Below, piece by piece: positions 19,101 to 28,996 of a DNA stretch of 52,533 nucleotides. Source of the stretch: an uncultured virus (IMG/VR IMGVR_UViG_2061766007_001347). Its lineage: Duplodnaviria; Heunggongvirae; Uroviricota; Caudoviricetes. The position numbers and the translations under genes were made by a program. The stretch lies in IMG/VR virus record IMGVR_UViG_2061766007_001347; one strand, 5' to 3'. Under the pieces are notes generated by a model. It was not told the DNA's origin. It ran no database searches and was given only the letters and a program-made list of their open reading frames with translations. Within the stretch, counting starts at the first letter, position 1. Every line of letters begins with the position of its first letter.

Positions 19101-22100
19101 CATGAAATTCGTTCAGCTCTAAACCCATATATAGTATTTGATGCTCCTTGATTGAAAAGATCATCTCCAGCACCAGTAAGATTTACATAAACATAGTTTA
19201 TTGTTTCATTATCAACTGTGTCAGATGAACGTCCTACACTCATAGACACTACTGGTTTAGGTATTATAGAATCTCCATCTTCAATATCCTCATGTTGAGG
19301 GTTTGAGTTTTCTGGAACAACTAGTTGAAAAGAAGCTGATGAAACTACTGTTGGAGTTATATTTGTTAAAGCAGCATAAAAATTACGCGGCTCTTCTTGT
19401 TCCTCAAGACCATACGTATAAAGGTATTTACCTTTTAATGTTAAAGAACCTGGCGATACAGATCCAGGCATGCCGTATACTGGATCATGGATATAGCACC
19501 CGTATTCAACTGGAAGAAGTGGTTGGCTTGCAGTTGTTGAAGCTGTGTAGACAGTATCATCAGTATAATCATTATATAAAACTAATGACTTACCGGATAA
19601 AGTAACTGTGTTTCCTAAAACAGAGGTGTAAGAGTCTGTGACAGTCTCAGTATATAGCTTAAATTTTGAATCTGCTCCACTTCCATAAGCAAAATCTAAA
19701 TTACTAAAAGTCTTCTCTCCAGTGATTGACTGTGCTGTGTTTGTAGTAACATAGTTGGCAGAGTCTGATAAAGAAGCTACAGTTGTAGGAACTGTTATAT
19801 TAGCTGTAACATTCGAAACGTTATTTGCGCTAAACGTCGCTACAGTTGACCCGTTCTTTTGAATGTATAAATTACCAGCTCCAACTGTAGGTATGTTGTC
19901 TAGATCATTATAGTCATTTGAAACAGCGGCGGCTCCAACAGTCTCAACAGCAACTCCTGGCTCATACATTGTGACTTTAATAAAAGTGCCTGCATTTACT
20001 TGAGTTATTGATGCACTATATGTAGAAGCTGATGATAGAGTTATGGTTCTAATGTCATCTATCACACCGTTTGAAGATGTTAGTGTATAACTACCGCCGA
20101 AGCTTACAGTTAACGTATAAGACGCTGTAGTTGACTGCATCCTTGTTCTAACAAGATATGTACCAGCTGGCATTGGAGTACCAGACATAGGGAAAGGCCC
20201 AGCTGTTCCGGATATTGTAAGATTGCCACTTCCTGATACATTAGTTCTTGTCATAGAACAAATAAAGTCTGCAGCTTGAACACTATTATCATCTATAGTA
20301 AGATCGACATTATGATTTGTGACTGTTTGAGTTACACCGTTAACTGAAATCGACGTAATTGGTATATCACTACTTGTTATATAATTCAAACCAGTGATAT
20401 AGCTTTTAACTGCATTTGTTGTAGGTAAATTAGTTGATGAAGATGAGCCTATGCTAGTATCTACGGCTTTATCAGCAGCTGCGCCAAGTCCTAAATTGAT
20501 TGTCACGTCAGTTGAAGCATTTGCAGTAAATGTTTTAGATGTAGTATCGTTTGTACCGCCTTTATTTATTGTAAGAGACGCATTATTTACAGCTGGTAAG
20601 CTTGCTGATGTAATGTATGTATTGCTATCTAATGAACCATCAGCCTTTAAGAATTGAGATGACGATCCACTAGGCACTTTAAATGACTGAGCAATAATGC
20701 CAGTGTTTGATTTCCATTCATATTTACTTAGTGATGAATTGTACTGACTAGAAAATGTTATAGCATCTTCTTGGCTATAATCTGCATCTAATAATCTCGT
20801 GGCTGCGCCATGAAGTCTTCCATGTATATCATCTATATAACAGTCATCTGAATATACACGGTTAATATGTAAACCGTATCGATCAAAATATGCTAAATCG
20901 TCTTCATCATTATAGCCAATAACTAATCTCGGGAATATGTATGCGCCAGAGCCATATTCTGAATCACTACCTATAGTAATCTTTAGATCTGGAACAACGC
21001 CAGTTATGTCACCACCGCAGCTCATCGAGTTATGTGTTGTTGAACTTATTGCTGAATACACACCAGAGTTATCATCTGGATGATCAAACAAGAGCTCTGT
21101 TGTTGGAGAAAAGACTACACTAGATGAAGTGAATGTCTTAATGCCTGATATAGTTTGAGCTGTATTAAGTGTAACAAAGTTGCTAGTGTCTGTGTTACTA
21201 CCTGTCCAAATCTTTATCCCAGAACCATCATGGAAATACACTGGGTGATTTATGAATAGTTCAATCTTAGTCGCTTCTGTTGATACACCGAGAAATATGT
21301 AAATCTTCCCATCACTGCTGGAAGGTAGCGCTTGAACTATTGGAGTAGTTGCATCAATTATAGCTGATCCATCAGTCTGAGGAGCACATTTCAAATAAAC
21401 TGGAGTATTTATAGTAAGAGCTAATGTGCCGCCGCTAACATTAAACGAATACCCGAGTGTGATGACATACTGATCCCATATTGTTGCGGCTGCAAGATTA
21501 GTCCCAGTCGTATAATTGGTATTCGCTGATGTGTAGACTATTCTACCAAACGGATTTATTGGACGTTGATTTACAGCTCTAGCTGTTGTAGCATTATTTG
21601 TTGAGTTAACAGACGCTGGGACCCATTTGGTACCATCAGCTGAAGTGAAGTACAATTTATAATAACGAGCAGTGTCAGATACAGGCATTAAAGTACTATT
21701 AGTTCTTAGCTGGTAACCAATAGTATTGGTATTAGCATCATAGCCACGATAGCAAATCCAGCAGCCGCCCTCTACTCTAGTGCTATCATAAACAAACAGC
21801 ATTGTGTAGCTTATATTAAATATTGTTGTGTCTCTTGTTGCGGCTGCCATGTTAGTATAACAAGGCTTACCGCCAAGACCGTTAACATTAAGCGTAAAGC
21901 CGGATGCTGAAGTAACTACTCCATTCTTTACCATACAGCAAACGCCATCTTCAAGCTTATAAATACCTGGAACGGTCACTGTAAAGTTAGTAGCTGTTGA
22001 TGTATTGTCTACTATACCAAAAGGAATACCAGTAGTCTTAATCTCATTATTAGCTAGTGAAATACCTTCACCAGCAGTGAGTGCACTATCTTGTAGTAGA

Positions 22101-22594
22101 GAATCAACTTGCTGTTTTGAATACACTGAGTATTCATCGTCAGAAGTTACGTTTGGATTTTCAATATGTGCAAGACCATCATAGTTTATTGCAGCTGCAG
22201 CATGGCTTGCTTGAATTGATGCAAGAGAAAATCCATTGGTGAAACATGAAGACTCAAATGAAAGAAATATATTTACACTTGAACTCTCTTGTTTGTCTAC
22301 TAATGATGAGTTTTGAGAAAATCCAGCTACTACTTTCTTTGCGCCACTAACCAACTTGTAGAGTAAGATAGTCTTTGCTTGGTATGAGTTAGATGACAAA
22401 TCTCTTATTCTAAGATTTAATGTATCATTATTAGAGTTACCAGCGGCATCATCATCAAAAACTACAGTAAGTGATGAAAGGTCTTCTAATGATGATATGC
22501 TTGAATAGTAAGTCTCTAATAAAGCAATTCCGTCTATTGAAACGGTATTTGATATAAGTGACTGGCCATAAGTTGTTAATGATAATTGAAACAT
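16135..22594 (-). CDS. Long tail fibre, probably a single ~2150-aa gene split into 1277-aa and 881-aa ORFs by an N gap
   Basis: S/T/G-rich, with AQTISGIKTF-type fibre repeats, FSGSLSGTATNAT and a C-terminal VGSIGLF...GTW...LAVR tip. Sequence on both sides of the 22-N gap (18796-18817) is colinear with the internal duplicate domain. Confidence 0.8.
18128..22086 (-). repeat. Internal duplication of a ~290-aa domain in the tail fibre (copies ~22086-21196 and ~19012-18128)
   Basis: GIPFGIVDxTST...LEDGVC...KNGVVTSASGFT...MAAAT...YTMLFVYDSTRVxGGCWI...PINPFGRIVY...INHPVY...WTG occurs twice. Confidence 0.9.
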
Positions 22595-22625
22595 ACAATC
22601 AGTCTCCAGGTGATAGGGTTACAAC

Positions 22626-22641
22626 ATATAAATAATAGATA
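22626..22641 (-). promoter_or_regulatory. Candidate phage promoter motif TATCTATTATTTATAT
   Basis: Matches the 12255 copy at 15 of 16 positions; lies upstream of the long tail fibre. Confidence 0.55.
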
Positions 22642-22654
22642 CTGAAATTGCGTG

Positions 22655-22689
22655 AAAATAAAAACCGGTAGCACGTTAACTACCGGTTT
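22655..22689 (-). terminator. Intrinsic terminator
   Basis: AAACCGGTAG-CACGTTAA-CTACCGGTTT, with a long T tract on the minus strand. Confidence 0.8.
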
Positions 22690-22714
22690 ATAAATGATTA
22701 TTGATGACTGATCA

Positions 22715-25441
22715 TTATGCTGTTCTCATTGCAAGAACTAAGCATGGCTCAGTAGCTGTTCGCTTCATAGCAAGACTCATCAAAGTCCAAGTTGTTCCAG
22801 ATGCCATTGAAGTAGCTGATTTCTTATATGCTATCTGACCTGAGTTTGGAAGAGTCATGCCAACAGGATAAAGATATTGGCCACTAACTGTAGCGCCTAT
22901 CGCTTTTTCAGCTCCAACTTCAGTATACATGAATAAGCCAATTGCGCCAACTTGTGATGTACCGTCTGAAGCTGCGCTATGCAATGAAGTTGTCGATGAA
23001 CCGATTAAACTACCAACATAGTCGACTGTCGTTAATCTACCATCTGTAACACTACTAAGACCAGCTGTTGAGTAATCAGCTACAAAGCTTCCGTTAACTA
23101 TTGGCTTTTTATTAGCCCCTGTACCTTCAGATGTAAATGTAATATTGTAATCTCTTACGTATAGTTCTGTATAAGCAGGACTTCCTGGTAAATCTGCGCT
23201 AAACGCTAATGATGCCACTGTACCAAGTGAACCAACGCCACTTGTATTGTTATCATCAGTTAGTATGTAGTCAAATCCTGCAGAATAACCATCATTGGTG
23301 ATGTTAAGCCGATAAGATTGGCCACCACACCCAGTGTTATATGATATAATGGTTGAACCATCAAGACGGAGATCGTCAATGGTAAGAGATCCAGTAACAT
23401 CTACATCGCCAGTGATGTCTAAATCTGATGTAATAGTCTGAGCTGTCTGCGAAGATTTTTTCACATAGTCAGACATATCACCAGTAAATGCAGTAAGATA
23501 ATCAACTGTAACTAATCGACCGTCACTAAGTGTAGCGCCTGTAATAGCTCTATATGAAGCTACATGCGTTCCATAAACATCTGGAGAATAGCCATCGTTG
23601 CCATCACTAACTGATTTCAAACATAGAGTGCCATGTCCATTATAAAATGACATGTACTTATTCTCACCATCAAAAGTGATCTCTGCTATATCGCTATTAC
23701 CTTTACGCTGACTTATACAAAACTCTGAATATGAAGAATCAACTGGCACAGTATATAATCTATAACTGTATGAACCGCCAGAAGTATTTACATAAGAACT
23801 AGTTATGTTTGATCCACTTATGGTAACATTATCAATGTCTACTTGACCGGTGATGTCAAGTGCAGAAGTTATATTTTGTGTTGTCTGCGATGTAAGTTTT
23901 ACATATGCGCCACCAGCTGAGCTTATCTGAGTTGATACATACGTAGCAACGGCTGCGCTTGAAGGAATCTCATCTTGTTTTGTAGAATCAACACTTTGTT
24001 TAATCTGTGAATTCTCTACAAACAGCGTGTCAGCTTCAGACTTAGTGTATGAATCTTGACCATACTTACCAATGTATGTCCAAGTCTTAGGAGAAGTTGA
24101 TGATAGATTGTAGACTGTAGAAGCTCCATCATGAGTCTCATCTGCAAGTACTTGAACTTTATCTCCGGCTTGAAGATTAGTTATGCTTAATGAATCTAAT
24201 GCTGACTTAGTAGCAACAATATCTGCTAAGTTCTGACCAGCATTTAAAGCGTCAATCTGAGATTGTAAGCTACTATCAGCATTCTGATAAGCTTGAGTGA
24301 TAGCTGATTCAGATGCTCCAATTGCTCCTGTAACTGCTGCAACTGTTGTTATCTTTGCTGAATTGTTGCTGTTACCCCATCCTGTAGAACCTGTGCCAGC
24401 TACATAAGTAGCATAAACACCATCACCATTATATTTACCTGATGTAACTTCTGGGGTTGTTAACTTCTTATTCGTACCAGAAATAGTCACACTATCTGTA
24501 AATGTTGTAGCAGCACTAAATGTTTTAGCACCAGTGATTGTCTCGGCTCCTGCAATATGAACATATGAAGCTGATGAAGCAGTGATCTGATCTGAAACAT
24601 ATGTTGCTACAGCTTCACCTGAAACTAATTTGTCAGTAGCTGTAATTGAAGAACCTGACCCCTCTGTAACAGAATTTGAATATAGACTTGAAATGTAATC
24701 TTCAGTAACAAGTAATGGAGACCCTGTAATTGTCCCAGACACCGTAATAGCTGGCGTACTTGTCACTGCTGACCCACCAATTAAACTGTTGGTATTAAGA
24801 TAAACATCACCAGTGTTTGAATCTTCAATACAGGTGAGAGTAGCTGAACATTGAGCATTATCATAGTCATCTACAATCGTTAACTTTGCTACTGTAGCAT
24901 CACCTTCAACCGGTTGGTTATTATTAAGATCCCACGGGACAAACTTGTCTGAATCACCAATCCCAGCAGCAATAAGAGTCTCAACATCTGCTGCTGAATA
25001 AACTGTTTTTGATTTCTGAGTTTCACCAGTAGATCTAGCTAGTCTAATTATGCCATCTCTATAGTTTGTTGCATAAGGTAGATTTATTATCGTATTTGCA
25101 AATCTACAGTATGACGCATTTGCAAACTGGGCGGTGAATCTTAGCTGTAAAGATTGAGACGCTGTCTTTGCTACTGATACAAGTTCAGAGTTAGCAATTA
25201 CAGTTTCACTGCCACTAACTGTACCTGATAACTGAATCTTTGTAACTGTATACGCATCGCTAGATGTATCTTCTAAAGCAACTACAATATACTCTCCAAT
25301 ACCAGCGTCATCATCTAAAACAGCGCCTCTAAAGTCAGTGATATCCTTTATCTTTGTCGTACCAGTGGTACCAGAATATAATGTAACTTTTGTAACATTA
25401 GTGTTACTAGATAAAGTTACAGCGGCTGTAAACTGTATCAT
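22715..25441 (-). CDS. Second tail fibre protein
   Basis: 908 aa. N-terminal domain paralogous to the long fibre (DDDA...DxSSxxY...VSG...VYSxxxVxxL). Contains ETITGAKTF and a C-terminal VGAIGLF...GTTW...LAMR tip. Confidence 0.78.
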   Translation of the reverse strand: MIQFTAAVTLSSNTNVTKVTLYSGTTGTTKIKDITDFRGAVLDDDAGIGEYIVVALEDTSSDAYTVTKIQLSGTVSGSETVIANSELVSVAKTASQSLQLRFTAQFANASYCRFANTIINLPYATNYRDGIIRLARSTGETQKSKTVYSAADVETLIAAGIGDSDKFVPWDLNNNQPVEGDATVAKLTIVDDYDNAQCSATLTCIEDSNTGDVYLNTNSLIGGSAVTSTPAITVSGTITGSPLLVTEDYISSLYSNSVTEGSGSSITATDKLVSGEAVATYVSDQITASSASYVHIAGAETITGAKTFSAATTFTDSVTISGTNKKLTTPEVTSGKYNGDGVYATYVAGTGSTGWGNSNNSAKITTVAAVTGAIGASESAITQAYQNADSSLQSQIDALNAGQNLADIVATKSALDSLSITNLQAGDKVQVLADETHDGASTVYNLSSTSPKTWTYIGKYGQDSYTKSEADTLFVENSQIKQSVDSTKQDEIPSSAAVATYVSTQISSAGGAYVKLTSQTTQNITSALDITGQVDIDNVTISGSNITSSYVNTSGGSYSYRLYTVPVDSSYSEFCISQRKGNSDIAEITFDGENKYMSFYNGHGTLCLKSVSDGNDGYSPDVYGTHVASYRAITGATLSDGRLVTVDYLTAFTGDMSDYVKKSSQTAQTITSDLDITGDVDVTGSLTIDDLRLDGSTIISYNTGCGGQSYRLNITNDGYSAGFDYILTDDNNTSGVGSLGTVASLAFSADLPGSPAYTELYVRDYNITFTSEGTGANKKPIVNGSFVADYSTAGLSSVTDGRLTTVDYVGSLIGSSTTSLHSAASDGTSQVGAIGLFMYTEVGAEKAIGATVSGQYLYPVGMTLPNSGQIAYKKSATSMASGTTWTLMSLAMKRTATEPCLVLAMRTA

Positions 25442-25479
25442 ATTTGTACCTCAAACAAATGATAGACATTAAATGCAAA

Positions 25480-26319
25480 CTATAAATCATAGGATATTGT
25501 TTCAGTTCCAGTGGGTGATGTTGGAGAGCTATTATCAGTTGATTGAGAATCTTCATTAGGAGCAACTTCATATAACTTAGTAGCAAATACGATGCATGGC
25601 TTATCATTAGAAGTGGCAGAAGTCTCAGTTAAAATCTTCCAAGTACCAGTAAGTTCTATATCATGACGCTGACAAGAAAACTCTCCAGATATTGGAACAC
25701 TCAAACACATAGGCTGAAGTCTATGACCATCAACAAGAGTTCCGTATGATGTTGGAAGGCCATTCACAGCATGATATAAGAATAACCCGGTTGAACCTAT
25801 TGAGTTTATATCTCCAGTATCTCCACCACCGTATTCTGGTGGCTCATCATACCACTGAGTAGTATCTACATCCCAATACTGATTGATATCTTCGTTGTAC
25901 CAACATTTAATGACTTCATTTTTTACGTAATAGACTACTGACGGTGTATGAGTGATTCCGAAATAACGATGTATATAGTCAAAGTTTACAAGCCCGCCAT
26001 TGTAATCATACATTTCACTAGACTGCATCTTATAAGCATCAAGATTAAGTAGCTGGCCAATAAGATACACTCCGTATTTGTCTGGCAATTTAATCCAATA
26101 TGGGATATCATTTAGTGTATACCATCTGTTATCACGAACTACCCAGTATTCATGATTTCCAGTATCATTCTCAATCCATGCTGGATAGCTTTGAAGAGAA
26201 CTATCATAAACATTTGTTGGAGTAGCTGGTGTTAAGGTTATACCATGATGTTCATGAAGATAATCATAATCATGCCACTCACCATTATAAAAGTATACTC
26301 TAATGTTATCATCACTCAT
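25480..26319 (-). CDS. Hybrid tail-associated protein (aromatic-rich N-terminal modules plus fibre-tip-like C-terminal domain)
   Basis: FYNGEWHDYDYLH..HGIT and IGSTGLFLY...GTWKIL...PCIVFATK. Confidence 0.6.
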   Translation of the reverse strand: MSDDNIRVYFYNGEWHDYDYLHEHHGITLTPATPTNVYDSSLQSYPAWIENDTGNHEYWVVRDNRWYTLNDIPYWIKLPDKYGVYLIGQLLNLDAYKMQSSEMYDYNGGLVNFDYIHRYFGITHTPSVVYYVKNEVIKCWYNEDINQYWDVDTTQWYDEPPEYGGGDTGDINSIGSTGLFLYHAVNGLPTSYGTLVDGHRLQPMCLSVPISGEFSCQRHDIELTGTWKILTETSATSNDKPCIVFATKLYEVAPNEDSQSTDNSSPTSPTGTETISYDL

Positions 26320-26340
26320 AGTATAACCTCAATAAGTTTA

Positions 26341-27519
26341 CTAATTATAGTCTTCCCATGAAGATGCTTGTGTAATATCTGGGTTTGAAGGATCCCATCC
26401 AACGTATATAGCACCATTATTCCATGAACTGTAAGATGTTGCTGCATTTTGATACTGAGTATAAAATATTTCAGCTAAGATATAACTGCCATTTGCGTAC
26501 GGCTTATATATATTCAGATTGATTATTTGAGAATATGGTCTAATAGTGTTTATTGCCATAAGCTCTGGTTTTACATAACCCTTCGACATTATGCCGTCAT
26601 TGTTTACACAATAATCTGAATCACTGTCATAATAAGTGTATGGCGTTATTAAAGGTGATGCGTAAGGAACATGATTTATAGAACTTCTATAAAAAGCCTC
26701 TTGCTGAGCAAAGATTGACATGTACTTACCACGGTTGTCAATGTAGGTTGCCTGAAAAGAATTGTATGGAAAATTAGAGCCGTCATTCTTAAGAGTCTGA
26801 ATTGGATAATAATTAAGATGATAAGTGCTTGAATCTGAAGTTGACTGATTATTTATGCCATAACCAACATAATCAAACACTGGAGCAACATCTTCAGGTG
26901 AGCAAAGTGAAGCAAATCCATCTGGAGACATTACTTTAAAGCGATAGACTCCATTAGAAACTGAATTTATCTCAACAACATCGCAGCCTTTAGTAGCAAA
27001 CCCATATACAGTAGTTGTTATAGATGGGGTAAGTGGCCACGTTGTACTACCCGGACCCCATTGCCCGCGAAGCTTAAGGCGCTTACCTAACGTGGCAGTA
27101 CTCCAATTACTAGGTGTAAATGGTATTAGGCCCACTGCAGATTTACTTCGACAGTTATCATAGTACGTATTTGAATAGTCATATTTTATGCTAAAGTAGC
27201 AAGATTTGGTAGAGCTGTTTTGACAGCTCATGAGCATCATATACTGTTCTCTACCATGATACTGTAGAAAAACACCATGATTATAGCCGTCGCCATCTAA
27301 GTCATATATTACATTACCATAACTACCAAAAGAGTAGTCTCCATCAGTATATAAGAATTCCCAATCAGCACCTGAGGCTAAACATGACTCTGTAAAAGCC
27401 TTAAGTCTACATTTAAACATCTCTAAACACTGAGCTTTTACTTGAGTGTCATCTGAAGAGTCAAAGTCTGATGGCACGTTATATCTGTAGCCTTTGAATT
27501 TATATCCGCCTAGAGCCAT
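26341..27519 (-). CDS. Putative adhesin/receptor-binding-type protein, family MxLGGY
   Basis: MALGGYKFKGY...RLKAFxES...YDLDxxGYN...ANGxYI...GWDPSNPDITQASSW, shared with the neighbouring ORF. Confidence 0.55.
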   Translation of the reverse strand: MALGGYKFKGYRYNVPSDFDSSDDTQVKAQCLEMFKCRLKAFTESCLASGADWEFLYTDGDYSFGSYGNVIYDLDGDGYNHGVFLQYHGREQYMMLMSCQNSSTKSCYFSIKYDYSNTYYDNCRSKSAVGLIPFTPSNWSTATLGKRLKLRGQWGPGSTTWPLTPSITTTVYGFATKGCDVVEINSVSNGVYRFKVMSPDGFASLCSPEDVAPVFDYVGYGINNQSTSDSSTYHLNYYPIQTLKNDGSNFPYNSFQATYIDNRGKYMSIFAQQEAFYRSSINHVPYASPLITPYTYYDSDSDYCVNNDGIMSKGYVKPELMAINTIRPYSQIINLNIYKPYANGSYILAEIFYTQYQNAATSYSSWNNGAIYVGWDPSNPDITQASSWEDYN

Positions 27520-27533
27520 TGCTAATTCTCCTA

Positions 27534-28985
27534 CTAAATAAAACTAATCTGTAAAGAGCATCCAGATGAAACTGCAAATGGCCAGTTACCAACCAAATCA
27601 AATGAGCCATTTGTATAATTGTAGTTACCGTTTATTTCTTTATGTTGGGCTTGGCCACTAGAATTACTTTCTATAATGTAGCCTTCAGCATGTACGGTAC
27701 CATTACCTGAAACTCCAGTTAACGTAATAGTGTAATATATTGTGTTACCTACATTGTGTGATGTGTATGTATAAGGCACTGGCTCTCTGTAAATTGGCCA
27801 TGAAGATGTCTCACTAAGATTTGGGTTTGAAGGGTCCCAGCCTAAAAATATATTTTCTCCAATATAATTACTAGTACCCCAGCCTTTTTTAATAGTGAAT
27901 GATAAAGTCATTACATATGTGGATGTTGTCGAGGTACTACTTACGCATATATAATTACCATTGGCTACTACGCAGCCAACATCAAAAGGAGTCCCAGTTG
28001 TTGTATTAGTAGCCATTAAGTCTATAGGTATACTACCAATCCCATTTGTCTGAATGTCCTGAGTTTCAGTTGTCATCGACACATAAACTGATGAGAATGG
28101 ATATACAGTTGTGGCTTGAGTATAATTAGATGTCCTTAGTGGTATAAAAGCCTGAGAAACTTTATATGATGAACTGCTCTTTAAATATTGTGTAGTATAA
28201 TAAGAAGCATTGCTTCCATTAAAAGTAGTCTCACCAGATGTATTATTTTCAGGCCCTCTATTAGCAAAATTTATTGCATTAAAGCCAACGAAGGTATCGC
28301 TATTGTTAAATCTCGTTTGATAAATATCTGCGCTAAGAAGTGAAAAATATAGAGTTGAGTTGCTGTTTTGTATAACTGAAATTATGTGCTTACCTCTTAT
28401 GGCATAGCCGTATCTACATGTGCTATACCCAGTAAATAAGTTAGTTGTTGAATCAGCATTGCACGACTTATGCCCAGATGATGTGCTAGCATCAAAAACA
28501 GAACCAGCTGTTATTATTGGTGTCATACAATACTTATTAGCAGATAAGCTTGGGTCATGTCTAGTCGAACCAATTCTATGAAATAAAGTTGTCTTCTGTA
28601 TAACTGAGAAGTACTTAGTAGTAGATGATGTCGACGAATACTCAATTGGTGTAACAATGTTAACTACACCATTAGCAAGATCAGCTGTATCTGTTGTCCA
28701 GTTACACAAAGTTAATATCTGAAAATAAGCGCCTTCATCAGGTATCTTGAATGTTGTGATATAGTTATAGCCTAAATCGTCAAGCCTATAGATAGCTCCG
28801 TTTGTTAACTCAAATGCTATCTGACCACCAGTATGATCTATCACCCACCCAGCATCAGCTGCGTTGCTTGCTTCAAGAAAAGCCTTAACCCTTGTCTTAT
28901 GAATTAGCAAATACCAATCAGTATTTGAAATGCCACTTGGCTTTGAACAGGTATAGCCTCTAAATATATAACCACCTAAAGACAT
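27534..28985 (-). CDS. Putative adhesin/receptor-binding-type protein, family MxLGGY, with C-terminal extension
   Basis: MSLGGYIFRGY...RVKAFLEA...YRLDDLGYN...ANGNYI...GWDPSNPNLSETSSW plus about 80 extra residues. Confidence 0.55.
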   Translation of the reverse strand: MSLGGYIFRGYTCSKPSGISNTDWYLLIHKTRVKAFLEASNAADAGWVIDHTGGQIAFELTNGAIYRLDDLGYNYITTFKIPDEGAYFQILTLCNWTTDTADLANGVVNIVTPIEYSSTSSTTKYFSVIQKTTLFHRIGSTRHDPSLSANKYCMTPIITAGSVFDASTSSGHKSCNADSTTNLFTGYSTCRYGYAIRGKHIISVIQNSNSTLYFSLLSADIYQTRFNNSDTFVGFNAINFANRGPENNTSGETTFNGSNASYYTTQYLKSSSSYKVSQAFIPLRTSNYTQATTVYPFSSVYVSMTTETQDIQTNGIGSIPIDLMATNTTTGTPFDVGCVVANGNYICVSSTSTTSTYVMTLSFTIKKGWGTSNYIGENIFLGWDPSNPNLSETSSWPIYREPVPYTYTSHNVGNTIYYTITLTGVSGNGTVHAEGYIIESNSSGQAQHKEINGNYNYTNGSFDLVGNWPFAVSSGCSLQISFI

Positions 28986-28996
28986 ATTGCTACCTC

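Noticed and set aside
12256..22634. Canonical T4 late promoters TATAAATA
   Set aside because: The copies at 12256, 15680 and 22627 are on the non-coding strand; they are better explained as the reverse complement of the TATCWA-N6-ATAG motif.
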